From positions 6,656 to 70,655 of the forward strand of contig CAZLLO010000001.1 in NCBI GenBank assembly GCA_964560525.1: DNA of 64,000 bases, in the 5' to 3' direction. The DNA is from an uncultured Candidatus Saccharibacteria bacterium (lineage in GTDB: Bacteria; Patescibacteriota; Dojkabacteria; SC72). Below are positions 39,852 to 48,863 of this stretch, piece by piece. Position 1 is the stretch's first letter. Every line of letters begins with the position of its first letter. A program made the translations under genes and the position numbers. Under the pieces are notes generated by a model. That model had not been told where the DNA came from, did no database searches, and saw only the letters and a program-made list of their open reading frames with translations.

Positions 39852-40772
39852 ATGAATATTACTTGGAACACTCTAGCCTCAGGATCAGTAAAAACCCCTT
39901 ACAAAAATACCATTTCCAAGTACAAACTTTACCAAACCAAAATACTTCGAGATTCAGTATCTATTAATGTATTACAATCTCCTGAAACTAAATCTCTTCT
40001 CATTGAACATGCTGGAAAACCCGCAAGATTACATCTCGGAATGGCAAGATCTGTAGATCTATGCGCAGCAACGTACGCAATTGCTTCAACTGATGAATTT
40101 AAGAAAGCTATAAATCATAAATACAATCCTAGTAAAGAAGCCCTAAGTGCAATGCTGATCCGAGAACCAATCACGCAATCTCCATTTGTAAATACATATA
40201 TGGGAAGCGGTTTTGAATCCAGACTCTATCTCATAATGGATGTACATCATGTTAAGGATGAAGAGAACGGAGTAAAAGGTATTGCTGGAAAAGTATGTAA
40301 TTACAAAATAGATTTACCCAAAGGACAAGAAGCAGAAATTCTAAAAGATATTAAGCTAGCAATTATGTATGATTCCATAGCAGCAGGAAGAAATCTAATT
40401 GCAGGTATAACTGATTTAAAAAAGAAGTGCCCCAATTTAGAAAAGGTTGTAACTGTTTCAGTATATGCCACGTATACTGGATGTAAAAGACTAGCCAAAG
40501 CTTGCCATGCACTAGGCCTAGAAGTCGTTATGTTTTGTATGCATGAACTCTTAGATGCAAGTGTGATTAACGAATATGATTCTTTCTACCCCAAATGGAA
40601 TATTTCAAAATCAGATGAGAAACTTATGCAAAAATTCTACGGTAAAAACTATCACAAAATATGCGTTGGCGGAGATTGGTCTGCCAATACGCTCGGAAGT
40701 GAACAGGCTTTAGATGTATTCAAACAACAATTAAAAGATATTAAAGTAGATAGCAAGAAGTTTGGACTCTAA
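39852..40772 (+). CDS. Hypothetical protein.
   Basis: 306-aa ORF. No motif recognised. Confidence 0.45.
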   Translation: MNITWNTLASGSVKTPYKNTISKYKLYQTKILRDSVSINVLQSPETKSLLIEHAGKPARLHLGMARSVDLCAATYAIASTDEFKKAINHKYNPSKEALSAMLIREPITQSPFVNTYMGSGFESRLYLIMDVHHVKDEENGVKGIAGKVCNYKIDLPKGQEAEILKDIKLAIMYDSIAAGRNLIAGITDLKKKCPNLEKVVTVSVYATYTGCKRLAKACHALGLEVVMFCMHELLDASVINEYDSFYPKWNISKSDEKLMQKFYGKNYHKICVGGDWSANTLGSEQALDVFKQQLKDIKVDSKKFGL

Positions 40773-40787
40773 TGATATAATCAGCAT

Positions 40788-42014
40788 ATGCCAAATCAAT
40801 ATGACAAAATAATCATTGGTGCTGGACCAGCAGGTCTTTTTACTGCAATATTTGCAAAAAAGAAAGACCAAAATATCCTCCTCATTGAGAAAAACAATAG
40901 TCTAGGAAAGAAATTAGCCATAACTGGAAAAGGAAGATGTAATATCACGAACAATACGACCGACATCAAGCAATTGGTATCCAGCTACAAGAAAAATGGG
41001 AAATTCCTTTATCATGCATTTTCAGAATTTGGAGTAGAAGATACTCTCCAGTTTTTTAATCATGAACTTGGTATAGAAACAAAAACAGAGAGAGGAAATA
41101 GAGTATTTCCTGAAAGTGATGATGCCTACGAAATTATTGAAAAGCTATACGCATTAGTAAAGGAAGATACCCTCTTTAATTGCGATGTTCAGGAGATATT
41201 AACAAACGAAAACCATATCACGGGGATAAAAACAAACAAAGGAATATTCACAGCAGACAAATATGTCATAGCTACAGGAGGAAAATCATATCCACTTACA
41301 GGATCAAATGGTGATGGGTATGAACTTGCAAAAGCTCTTGGACATACAATAGTAGAACCAAAACCTGCATTAGTACCAATTACAACAAAAGAGACATGGG
41401 TTAAAGAGCTTGCAGGCTTAGGATTAAAAAATATTAGGATGGACATATATCAAAGTGGTAAAAAGATATTTTCTAAATTTGGAGAGCTTCTCTTCACACA
41501 CGTAGGTATTAGCGGACCAATAGTAATAGATTGTGCAAGAGAAATAGGAGATTTGCTTGAGATAGCTCCAGTTAATGTACTAATTGATCTTAAGCCAGCA
41601 CTCTCCTACCCTGTACTCAAGGAAAGAATAGCCAAAGATTTAGCAGAAGCAGGAAATAAAGCCATTAAGAATTCTCTTAGCGGATTGTTACCCTCATCAC
41701 TAATACCAGTAATCATAAAACTAACAGGGATAAACCCAGAAGAAAAATCCTCTCAACTTTCCAAAGAATCAAAAAATGCATTACTACATATACTTAAAGA
41801 ATTACCACTAAATATAACTGAAATAGGAGATTGGAATAGTGCAATTGTTACTGACGGTGGAATCAATATTAAAGAGATAGATCCAAATACTATGAAATCT
41901 AAGATTGTTGATAATCTTTACTTCGCAGGAGAAATAATAGATGTCTATGGACCAACAGGAGGATATAATCTACAACTTTGTTGGAGTACAGGATTTTTAG
42001 CTGGGATATCGTAA
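40788..42014 (+). CDS. HI0933-like NAD(P)/FAD-dependent flavoprotein (aminoacetone-oxidase family).
   Basis: [16 protein letters not shown] dinucleotide motif. 408 aa. Confidence 0.65.
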   Translation: MPNQYDKIIIGAGPAGLFTAIFAKKKDQNILLIEKNNSLGKKLAITGKGRCNITNNTTDIKQLVSSYKKNGKFLYHAFSEFGVEDTLQFFNHELGIETKTERGNRVFPESDDAYEIIEKLYALVKEDTLFNCDVQEILTNENHITGIKTNKGIFTADKYVIATGGKSYPLTGSNGDGYELAKALGHTIVEPKPALVPITTKETWVKELAGLGLKNIRMDIYQSGKKIFSKFGELLFTHVGISGPIVIDCAREIGDLLEIAPVNVLIDLKPALSYPVLKERIAKDLAEAGNKAIKNSLSGLLPSSLIPVIIKLTGINPEEKSSQLSKESKNALLHILKELPLNITEIGDWNSAIVTDGGINIKEIDPNTMKSKIVDNLYFAGEIIDVYGPTGGYNLQLCWSTGFLAGIS

Positions 42015-42042
42015 ATACAATAAAAAAGAGATACACTTTAGT

Positions 42043-43887
42043 ATGAAAACGCCTAAGCCACATACGAAACTGTTTAAGCTAACCCTATTGATTCTCAGTA
42101 TTCTTTTTGGATTGGTTACTCTGATATTCATTGCTTTCAACATATACTTCACAACAAAAGAATCTCTTGAAACAAAAAACTCTAAAAACATTACAATCAG
42201 CTATTCAGATATTAAATCCGAAGAAGTTACACTAAAAGAACCTACCAATTCATCAGAGCTCTCAATTCTCCCAGAATACTATACACAACTAACAAAAGTA
42301 TTTGGAAACTTCTCTTCTCATGAATTAACCACATACCTAAGATATGGAGAGGTTCTCAAATCCTCTTCACAAACTAGTATTTCGGAGGGATATCGCTACC
42401 TTCAAGGACAAGACTTAAATATTCTCATCCCCCAGACATACATAGATCAATACTACATTGCTAAAATAGCAGGAATCTCGGATAAACTAGCAGAAATTCT
42501 TAAAAATCAGACAACTAATAAATCTTCTGTAAATATCAACAAGGATTCTTACATATATGAAGAATTAGAGAAATGCATTGCTCAAAATGTTACCAAATTC
42601 CTAAACCAAGAAGATTGTAAAACTCAGATACAAAATATAGAGAAACAAGATACGATTCCTACTTTAAACTTCTTAATAAACTCCCTTGTAACTACACCAC
42701 CTACACAAACTAATACCTACGATATATATGTACAGAACCAGCAGTATCTTTACCAGCTTACAAAGAAAATCACCGTACCAGAAACCGAAAATATTGGGGA
42801 TCCTTTTCAGGGTAATATATATATAGATTTAAATCCAGTACATATACAGAAGATAAACTCCATCTTAAACTTCTTAGACCTTTTCTATTCCCAAACAGGC
42901 ATAACAGACCCAGAGATAAAAGGTCGTACAAAAGCTTTGGAGAATTCTCTCCATTCCTTGGAACAATATACATTTGGTGCACCGATACCCAGTGATTTAG
43001 CTACCATATTTAACACCTCATTCTTAGATACAAGCTCAGGAAATAAGATCAATGTGCAATTGAATCAAAACATCTCTTACTTAGTAAAAAGCATCAATCT
43101 TACAGATGGGATAAAGACATTCGTTGCGCCCGTATATACATTCTCAGACATCACATTCAATATTAATGATAATAATTTTAACGAAGACTACGATGTTCCT
43201 CCTACAACACAAAGTAAAGGAACTGTAAGAGTTCCCATCTTTATGTACCACCAAATAGCTCCAGTACCCGAGGGACAAAGTCGTTTTAGATCTGGTTTGT
43301 ATGTAGATCCATACGATTTTGAAGTAGAGATGGCATATCTTGTTAAAAAGAATTACAAAAGTGTTACTACAGAAGAATATTACAAACTTCTAAAGACAGG
43401 AAAGAATCCTACGCAGAAAACTGTGATGATTACTTTTGATGATGGTATAGAGAATCAATATTTAAATGCATACCCAATACTTAAGAAATACAATCTTAAA
43501 GGAGTATTTTTTGTAGTAGCACATAAATCATCCATAACCCTTTTACAAAGAAAAGAGATGGCGCAAAATGGTATGTCCATAGATTCCCATTCTTCTAAAC
43601 ACCAAGATCTAACAAAAGTGTCAGATCCTACAGAGTTGAGCTATGAGATTGCATCTAGTAAATCTGCCCTGCAAGCTACGACAGGAAAACAGGTGTATTC
43701 GTTTGCATATCCTGGATGTGGATGGAACAAAGAGACCATTTCATATGTTTCTGGTGCTGGATATCTTCTAGGAATGAGTTGTGGAAATACGATAGATAAC
43801 AGGCCATCAAATAAATTAGTGCTTTCAAGAGTACATGCATTTGGAGATTTAAAAAGCTTTAAGAAATTACTCTCTGGGGTACATTAG
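42043..43887 (+). CDS. Membrane-anchored polysaccharide deacetylase (NodB-homology domain).
   Basis: N-terminal TM. ITFDDG and HSSKH motifs in the C-terminal domain. Confidence 0.7.
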   Translation: MKTPKPHTKLFKLTLLILSILFGLVTLIFIAFNIYFTTKESLETKNSKNITISYSDIKSEEVTLKEPTNSSELSILPEYYTQLTKVFGNFSSHELTTYLRYGEVLKSSSQTSISEGYRYLQGQDLNILIPQTYIDQYYIAKIAGISDKLAEILKNQTTNKSSVNINKDSYIYEELEKCIAQNVTKFLNQEDCKTQIQNIEKQDTIPTLNFLINSLVTTPPTQTNTYDIYVQNQQYLYQLTKKITVPETENIGDPFQGNIYIDLNPVHIQKINSILNFLDLFYSQTGITDPEIKGRTKALENSLHSLEQYTFGAPIPSDLATIFNTSFLDTSSGNKINVQLNQNISYLVKSINLTDGIKTFVAPVYTFSDITFNINDNNFNEDYDVPPTTQSKGTVRVPIFMYHQIAPVPEGQSRFRSGLYVDPYDFEVEMAYLVKKNYKSVTTEEYYKLLKTGKNPTQKTVMITFDDGIENQYLNAYPILKKYNLKGVFFVVAHKSSITLLQRKEMAQNGMSIDSHSSKHQDLTKVSDPTELSYEIASSKSALQATTGKQVYSFAYPGCGWNKETISYVSGAGYLLGMSCGNTIDNRPSNKLVLSRVHAFGDLKSFKKLLSGVH

Positions 43888-43901
43888 TATATAATGGAGA
43901 G

Positions 43902-44549
43902 ATGAAACTAGACTTCAATACACTCAAAGAACTCCACGAATACTATGCAGTAAATAATAGATGCGGATTAAGAAAGATTGCCACCCAACCAGTATATGAA
44001 ATAACTCCACCTACTTCAGGTATTGTATTCATAGGAGAAGCACCTGGTAAAAATGAGGACCTACAAGGTAAACCATTTGTTGGAGCAGCTGGTAAATTCT
44101 TAAATGAGTTACTACAAAGTATTGGATTCTCAAGAGAAGAGGTATATGTTTCTAATACTGTTAAATACAGACCTCCTGAAAACAGAGAACCAACCGATGA
44201 AGAAAAAGATAGCTGTAGAGTATGGTTAAATGCAGAATTACTATTTATTAAGCCCAAAATATTAATACCTCTAGGAAGACATGCATTTGAAAAATTTGTA
44301 CCTGGTGCAAAGATTTCTGCCTCTCATGGACAACCATTTTCACATCCAAGTGGTATTCCTGTTTTTGCTATGTATCATCCTGCTGTTGCTTTGTACAATC
44401 CTAATCTGAGAGATGTTTTGAAAGAGGATTTCCTCAAACTTAAAGACTATTTAGACAATGGTGGCAAACTAATGGAAAATGAAATTCCAGATACTTCTCC
44501 TTTTTCAAAAACTACGAAGAAAGATATTGATGATATCTTAAGTATGTAA
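43902..44549 (+). CDS. Uracil-DNA glycosylase, family 4-like.
   Basis: GEAPGKNED...GKPFVGAAG motif A. YHPA motif B. Confidence 0.7.
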   Translation: MKLDFNTLKELHEYYAVNNRCGLRKIATQPVYEITPPTSGIVFIGEAPGKNEDLQGKPFVGAAGKFLNELLQSIGFSREEVYVSNTVKYRPPENREPTDEEKDSCRVWLNAELLFIKPKILIPLGRHAFEKFVPGAKISASHGQPFSHPSGIPVFAMYHPAVALYNPNLRDVLKEDFLKLKDYLDNGGKLMENEIPDTSPFSKTTKKDIDDILSM

Positions 44550-45158
44550 TTCCATTTTGTCCCAAGTAGAATCATAGAAGAATTTCTCCATGACAGTTTC
44601 GTAGTTATCACATATCTCTTCCTTTCCAAACCATACCCCTATCTCCCTATTTGCATTCTCAACAGAATCAGAAGCATGTAACATCGTTCTTGTAGAGCGA
44701 GATATCATATCTGCCAAATCATATGAGTCTATGGAATAATCTGCACGAATGGTGCCAACATCACTAGCAGAAGGATTTGAGCTCCCCAATAACTTCCTCA
44801 CTCCAGATATTACTCCAGGTCCAGCAAGCACAATTACAACTATTGGCCCACAAGTTAGATATGCAATATTCTTTTTTCTAATAAGTTTACCCCTTTCTAA
44901 AGAATTCCACTTACTCATATCATCACCCCTGGCTATTGCTTCATTCTTCGCTTTCTCCTGTGTACCAATTAAATATTCCTCATCATCAATATAGTGTTCC
45001 CCTGCTTGCTCTTTTGTAGCATTTAACATCTTCATTGCAACAATTTTGTAACCTTTCCTCTCAAATCTAGATAATATCTCTCCCGCTATCTGTCTCTGAA
45101 GCACATCTGGCTTCATAATAATTAGGGTTCTCTCTTCTGCAAGTTTAGGTCTATTCAT
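44538..45158 (-). CDS. ndk: Nucleoside diphosphate kinase with an internal insertion.
   Basis: RTLIIMKPD N-terminal motif. LHASDS region (NxxHxSD). 206 aa against the usual ~145. Confidence 0.6.
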   Translation of the reverse strand: MNRPKLAEERTLIIMKPDVLQRQIAGEILSRFERKGYKIVAMKMLNATKEQAGEHYIDDEEYLIGTQEKAKNEAIARGDDMSKWNSLERGKLIRKKNIAYLTCGPIVVIVLAGPGVISGVRKLLGSSNPSASDVGTIRADYSIDSYDLADMISRSTRTMLHASDSVENANREIGVWFGKEEICDNYETVMEKFFYDSTWDKMELHT

Positions 45159-45205
45159 GTAGCTAGATTAGTTAAAATATTAGATAATACAAGGATATCA
45201 GAATA

Positions 45206-46834
45206 ATGAAGAACTTTAAACCCGAAAATTACAAAATTGAATTAAAAGAAATATTTTCCTTAATCAAGGCTTCAACCAATTGGAGAACAGATACATTACA
45301 AACCATATTAAAGAAATATCCAAAGGATGGGAACAAACTCTTTAGACATGATGAATTAGTAAATGGATACGAATATCTTGGATCAAAGGACAAGACAGTG
45401 GAAGAAAGAATTAGATTAAAACCTACCAGAACTAACTCAGGTGTAGCTACAGTTACAGTACTCTCTAAACCCTACCCTTGCCCTGGTAGATGTATATTCT
45501 GTCCTAATGACCCAAATATGCCCAAGAGCTATATATCCTCCGAACCGGGGGCACAGAGAGCTCTAAGCAATTGCTTTGATCCATATGCTCAGGTATACAA
45601 CAGATTAATTGCTTTAAAGAATATTGGACATAATATTGAGAAAGTAGAATTACTTGTATTAGGGGGTTCTTGGTCTGCATATCAAGAGGAATACAAGGTA
45701 TCATTTGTTAAAGCTTGTTTTGATGCTATGAATGATATACAGAAAGATACTCAAGGATATATACAACCTAGAACCGAATTACCATTGGCCACTGTGAATG
45801 AATTGTTTGAAGCGCAACATATCAATGAGAGTGCATATTGTAGGAATGTTGGGTTGGTGTTTGAAACTAGGCCAGATTTAATCACCGAGGAAGAAGTTGT
45901 TAATCTTCGAAAGCTTGGTGCTACTAAGATACAGATTGGTATTCAATCTTTAGATGACAAGATTATTGATGCTAACCATATTGGTAGACCTACGAAAGAT
46001 GTTAAGAACGCAATTAAATTACTTAGACTTGGTGGTTTCAAGATTCATGGGCATTGGATGCCTAATTTGTATATGTCTAATGTTAAGAGGGATATTAATG
46101 ATTACAAGAAGCTTTGGAAGAAGGATTTCTGTCCTGATGAATTAAAGATATATCCTACTTCCATTGTTCCTAATACTTTGCTTTTTAAATTGTATGAGGA
46201 GGGTAAGTTCAAGCCATATACCGAGGATGAGTTGTTAATGGTTTTGTCTGAGACTATGCCTACTACTCCTAGGTATTGTAGATTATCCAGAATTATTAGG
46301 GATATTCCTTCTGAAGAGATTGTAGCTGGGAACAAGAAAACCAATCTTAGACAGATTGCTGAGGAGTTGATTGAGAAGAAGGGGAAAAGGATGAATGACA
46401 TTAGGAGTAGAGAGATAAAGAATGAGAGGGTTAGTTGGGAAGATTTGGTATTGGAGATTATTAGGTATGATACTTCTACTGGGAAGGAGTTTTTTCTTTC
46501 TTACAAGACTAAGGATACGGATAGGATTTGTGGATTTTTGAGGTTGTCTATACCAGAGAAAAAATACAGAAAAGAAAATTTCATTGAGGAGTTACGTGAT
46601 TCTTCTATAATTAGAGAGGTTCATGTGTATGGTAGGGTTATGAGTTTGGATATTGATAGTTCTGGAGAATCTCAACATTTGGGATTGGGCAAAAAGCTTA
46701 TTGAGATGGCTGAGGAGATTACTAAAAAGGAGGGGATACATAGGATAGTGGTTATTTCTGCTATTGGGACTAGAGAATATTACAAGAAGAGAGGATTTGA
46801 AATGGGGAGATTGTATATGGAGAAGGAGATATGA
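45206..46834 (+). CDS. elp3: Elp3-family radical SAM / GNAT acetyltransferase (tRNA wobble-uridine modification).
   Basis: PCPGRCIFCPND radical-SAM cluster. C-terminal GNAT region. 542 aa. Confidence 0.75.
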   Translation: MKNFKPENYKIELKEIFSLIKASTNWRTDTLQTILKKYPKDGNKLFRHDELVNGYEYLGSKDKTVEERIRLKPTRTNSGVATVTVLSKPYPCPGRCIFCPNDPNMPKSYISSEPGAQRALSNCFDPYAQVYNRLIALKNIGHNIEKVELLVLGGSWSAYQEEYKVSFVKACFDAMNDIQKDTQGYIQPRTELPLATVNELFEAQHINESAYCRNVGLVFETRPDLITEEEVVNLRKLGATKIQIGIQSLDDKIIDANHIGRPTKDVKNAIKLLRLGGFKIHGHWMPNLYMSNVKRDINDYKKLWKKDFCPDELKIYPTSIVPNTLLFKLYEEGKFKPYTEDELLMVLSETMPTTPRYCRLSRIIRDIPSEEIVAGNKKTNLRQIAEELIEKKGKRMNDIRSREIKNERVSWEDLVLEIIRYDTSTGKEFFLSYKTKDTDRICGFLRLSIPEKKYRKENFIEELRDSSIIREVHVYGRVMSLDIDSSGESQHLGLGKKLIEMAEEITKKEGIHRIVVISAIGTREYYKKRGFEMGRLYMEKEI

Positions 46835-47352
46835 GTATGGTAGACAGAAATCTAGACAAGTTCGAAGAAAGAACAAGGGTGTATTTTGAAGAAAAAGGTA
46901 TATATCTAAAAAGAATCGGTTGTGATTCAAAAAAGACTCCAGATTTTGAAAATTCTTATTGTCTTGTAGAAACTAAACATTATGATGGTAAAGAAAAGAT
47001 TTCTGATACTATCGAATTTGACCCCACTTTTAATGCGATTCTAGGGCATTGTGAAAAGGCTGCAAAACAATTCGAGGCATACGATCCATCACATAAGAAA
47101 ATCCATCTACTAACACTCTTTTCTTCTGAATTGGAAAAAGAAGATATTTTATCTGTCTTTTCAGGATGTTTAATTCCAGGCATACAAAACATAAGTTGGA
47201 AAAAATTGGAACCGCGGCTTTCTTTAAGATACTCTGAACAAATTGATGCAATTTTATTATTTCGTACAATTGATTCTTCGAAACCAATTATTTATTCAAA
47301 AGATAGAGGGCACAAATTTGTACAAGAGCATTTGCATATACTCAGTTCTTAA
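46831..47352 (+). CDS. Hjc-like PD-(D/E)xK nuclease-fold protein (candidate Holliday-junction-resolvase-like).
   Basis: FEERTRVYFEEKGIYLKRIGCDSKKTPDFE..YCLVETK parallels the archaeal Hjc block [37 protein letters not shown]. ATGA overlap with the elp3 stop. Confidence 0.4.
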   Translation: MSMVDRNLDKFEERTRVYFEEKGIYLKRIGCDSKKTPDFENSYCLVETKHYDGKEKISDTIEFDPTFNAILGHCEKAAKQFEAYDPSHKKIHLLTLFSSELEKEDILSVFSGCLIPGIQNISWKKLEPRLSLRYSEQIDAILLFRTIDSSKPIIYSKDRGHKFVQEHLHILSS

Positions 47353-47371
47353 CTATATACTATTAACATCT

Positions 47372-47785
47372 ATGCAAAATAGGGACACCAACAAAACAGA
47401 AGAAACTAGTAAAATAACAAAGCTGAAATATGTTGAATGTCCAAATTGCAAATCATTATTCGACAATAAAGAAAAATATGCCGATTGGAAAACTTTCATA
47501 GGTATAAATAAATTTCTTTGTAAGAATTGCAAGATGGAATTTAAATATCCCTCTCATCGAAGGTATGGGCTTGATTTAATAATTGGAATTATTCTTTGGA
47601 TTTGCTCTGCAAGTATCCCCACTACCTCGGGCGACATCCTAGCCATTGCGGCTCTGTCTTGCTTGGGAATAGCAGGTTTTTTATTAACACTTCAAGGAAT
47701 ACTGGGCTTGATAGAAAATTCCTCTTTGAAATCTAAGAATCCCGAATGGGAAAATAGATTTCACAATACAAGATATTCAAAATAA
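47372..47785 (+). CDS. Zinc-ribbon plus 2-TM small membrane protein.
   Basis: CPNC...CKNC, then hydrophobic helices. Start taken at the internal Met after the upstream gene stop. Confidence 0.4.
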   Translation: MQNRDTNKTEETSKITKLKYVECPNCKSLFDNKEKYADWKTFIGINKFLCKNCKMEFKYPSHRRYGLDLIIGIILWICSASIPTTSGDILAIAALSCLGIAGFLLTLQGILGLIENSSLKSKNPEWENRFHNTRYSK

Positions 47786-47804
47786 AGAAGCACCCCTTCA
47801 ATCC

Positions 47805-48689
47805 CTATAAAGAAACAATCTTCTTATCTGATAACCATCTTCCATTTATAGCTTTCCATTCTCTATCCATCCCTTGTATAGACTTCATACTTGGGTCCCA
47901 AAAATGCGATATTAATCTAAAATCCGTTTTACTTAAATCCGAAAATGCCATATATAAATCCATATCTCCCCTGGTTAACAAGCTTTCTGAAATAGAGTCA
48001 TTAAAATCAAAGTATATTGGCTCTACCCAACCCTTGCTTATTTGATATGCGAAGTTAGCATATATAGAGCCAACTGATTCTGAGCTTAAGAAAAGATATT
48101 GATACTTCAAATTTTCATTCGCATATAAAATAATTCCTACTTGTAATTTGCAGTTTTTAGGATTTATGAAATTATCATAATCTTCACATATTATATCTGA
48201 GCGTACATATTCATTTATCACATAGTCATTAATCTGCAATGTACACAAAGGACAGTAAGGTGGATTTTGAAGTTTTTCTTTATCTATCTCTTCACACTTT
48301 ATTGTATATTGATCACCCCCAATATCCCATGTGTCTGAAACAACACTTCCAATAGTAATATCATATTGGGGGATATCAATAGCTTTCGGTATTTCTATAT
48401 ATCCGTTCGGTTTCCATTCCCCATTTATGAAAACATCTGCGTCTTTGTAGTATGGTTCATCTTCCTTATCAAGATTAGAAATATCTGCAGTACCTAACAC
48501 AAGAGGTTGTATGTTCTCTTTAATTTGAGATTCAGAATAATGGTTTCTTAATGAATTATCTACCAATTCATAGCAGAACATTCCTATTACATAAAGCATC
48601 AAGGGAAATGGAATTATTAAAAACAAGACAACTCCAACTCTTTTTAACTTTTCATTTACCTTTGTAGAAAAGAATGGTGTCTTATTCAT
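47805..48689 (-). CDS. Membrane-anchored hypothetical protein.
   Basis: 294 aa with an N-terminal TM segment. Confidence 0.45.
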   Translation of the reverse strand: MNKTPFFSTKVNEKLKRVGVVLFLIIPFPLMLYVIGMFCYELVDNSLRNHYSESQIKENIQPLVLGTADISNLDKEDEPYYKDADVFINGEWKPNGYIEIPKAIDIPQYDITIGSVVSDTWDIGGDQYTIKCEEIDKEKLQNPPYCPLCTLQINDYVINEYVRSDIICEDYDNFINPKNCKLQVGIILYANENLKYQYLFLSSESVGSIYANFAYQISKGWVEPIYFDFNDSISESLLTRGDMDLYMAFSDLSKTDFRLISHFWDPSMKSIQGMDREWKAINGRWLSDKKIVSL

Positions 48690-48753
48690 TGATATAATAT
48701 ATACCAGGAATAGGATCTGGGCAAGAATCGTTGAATATGAAGAATATATAATC

Positions 48754-48826
48754 TGAGCACGCGGGGACTCGAACCCCGAACCAAGCGATTAAGAGTCGCT
48801 TGCTCTACCAATTGAGCTACGTGCCC
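48754..48826 (-). tRNA. tRNA-Lys (anticodon CTT).
   Basis: Hand-folded cloverleaf of GGGCACGTAGCTCAATTGGTAGAGCAAGCGACTCTTAATCGCTTGGTTCGGGGTTCGAGTCCCCGCGTGCTCA. 7-bp acceptor stem, GTTCGAGT T-loop, anticodon loop CT-CTT-AA. Confidence 0.85.
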
Positions 48827-48863
48827 ACAAACAATGAGTATAATATCACTTTTAATACCATTT

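Noticed and set aside
44538-45158. Ndk called as two genes or as a non-Ndk protein because of its 206-aa length.
   Set aside because: The N-terminal and H-box motifs are in one frame. The extra length is an internal insertion, so a single ndk gene is called.
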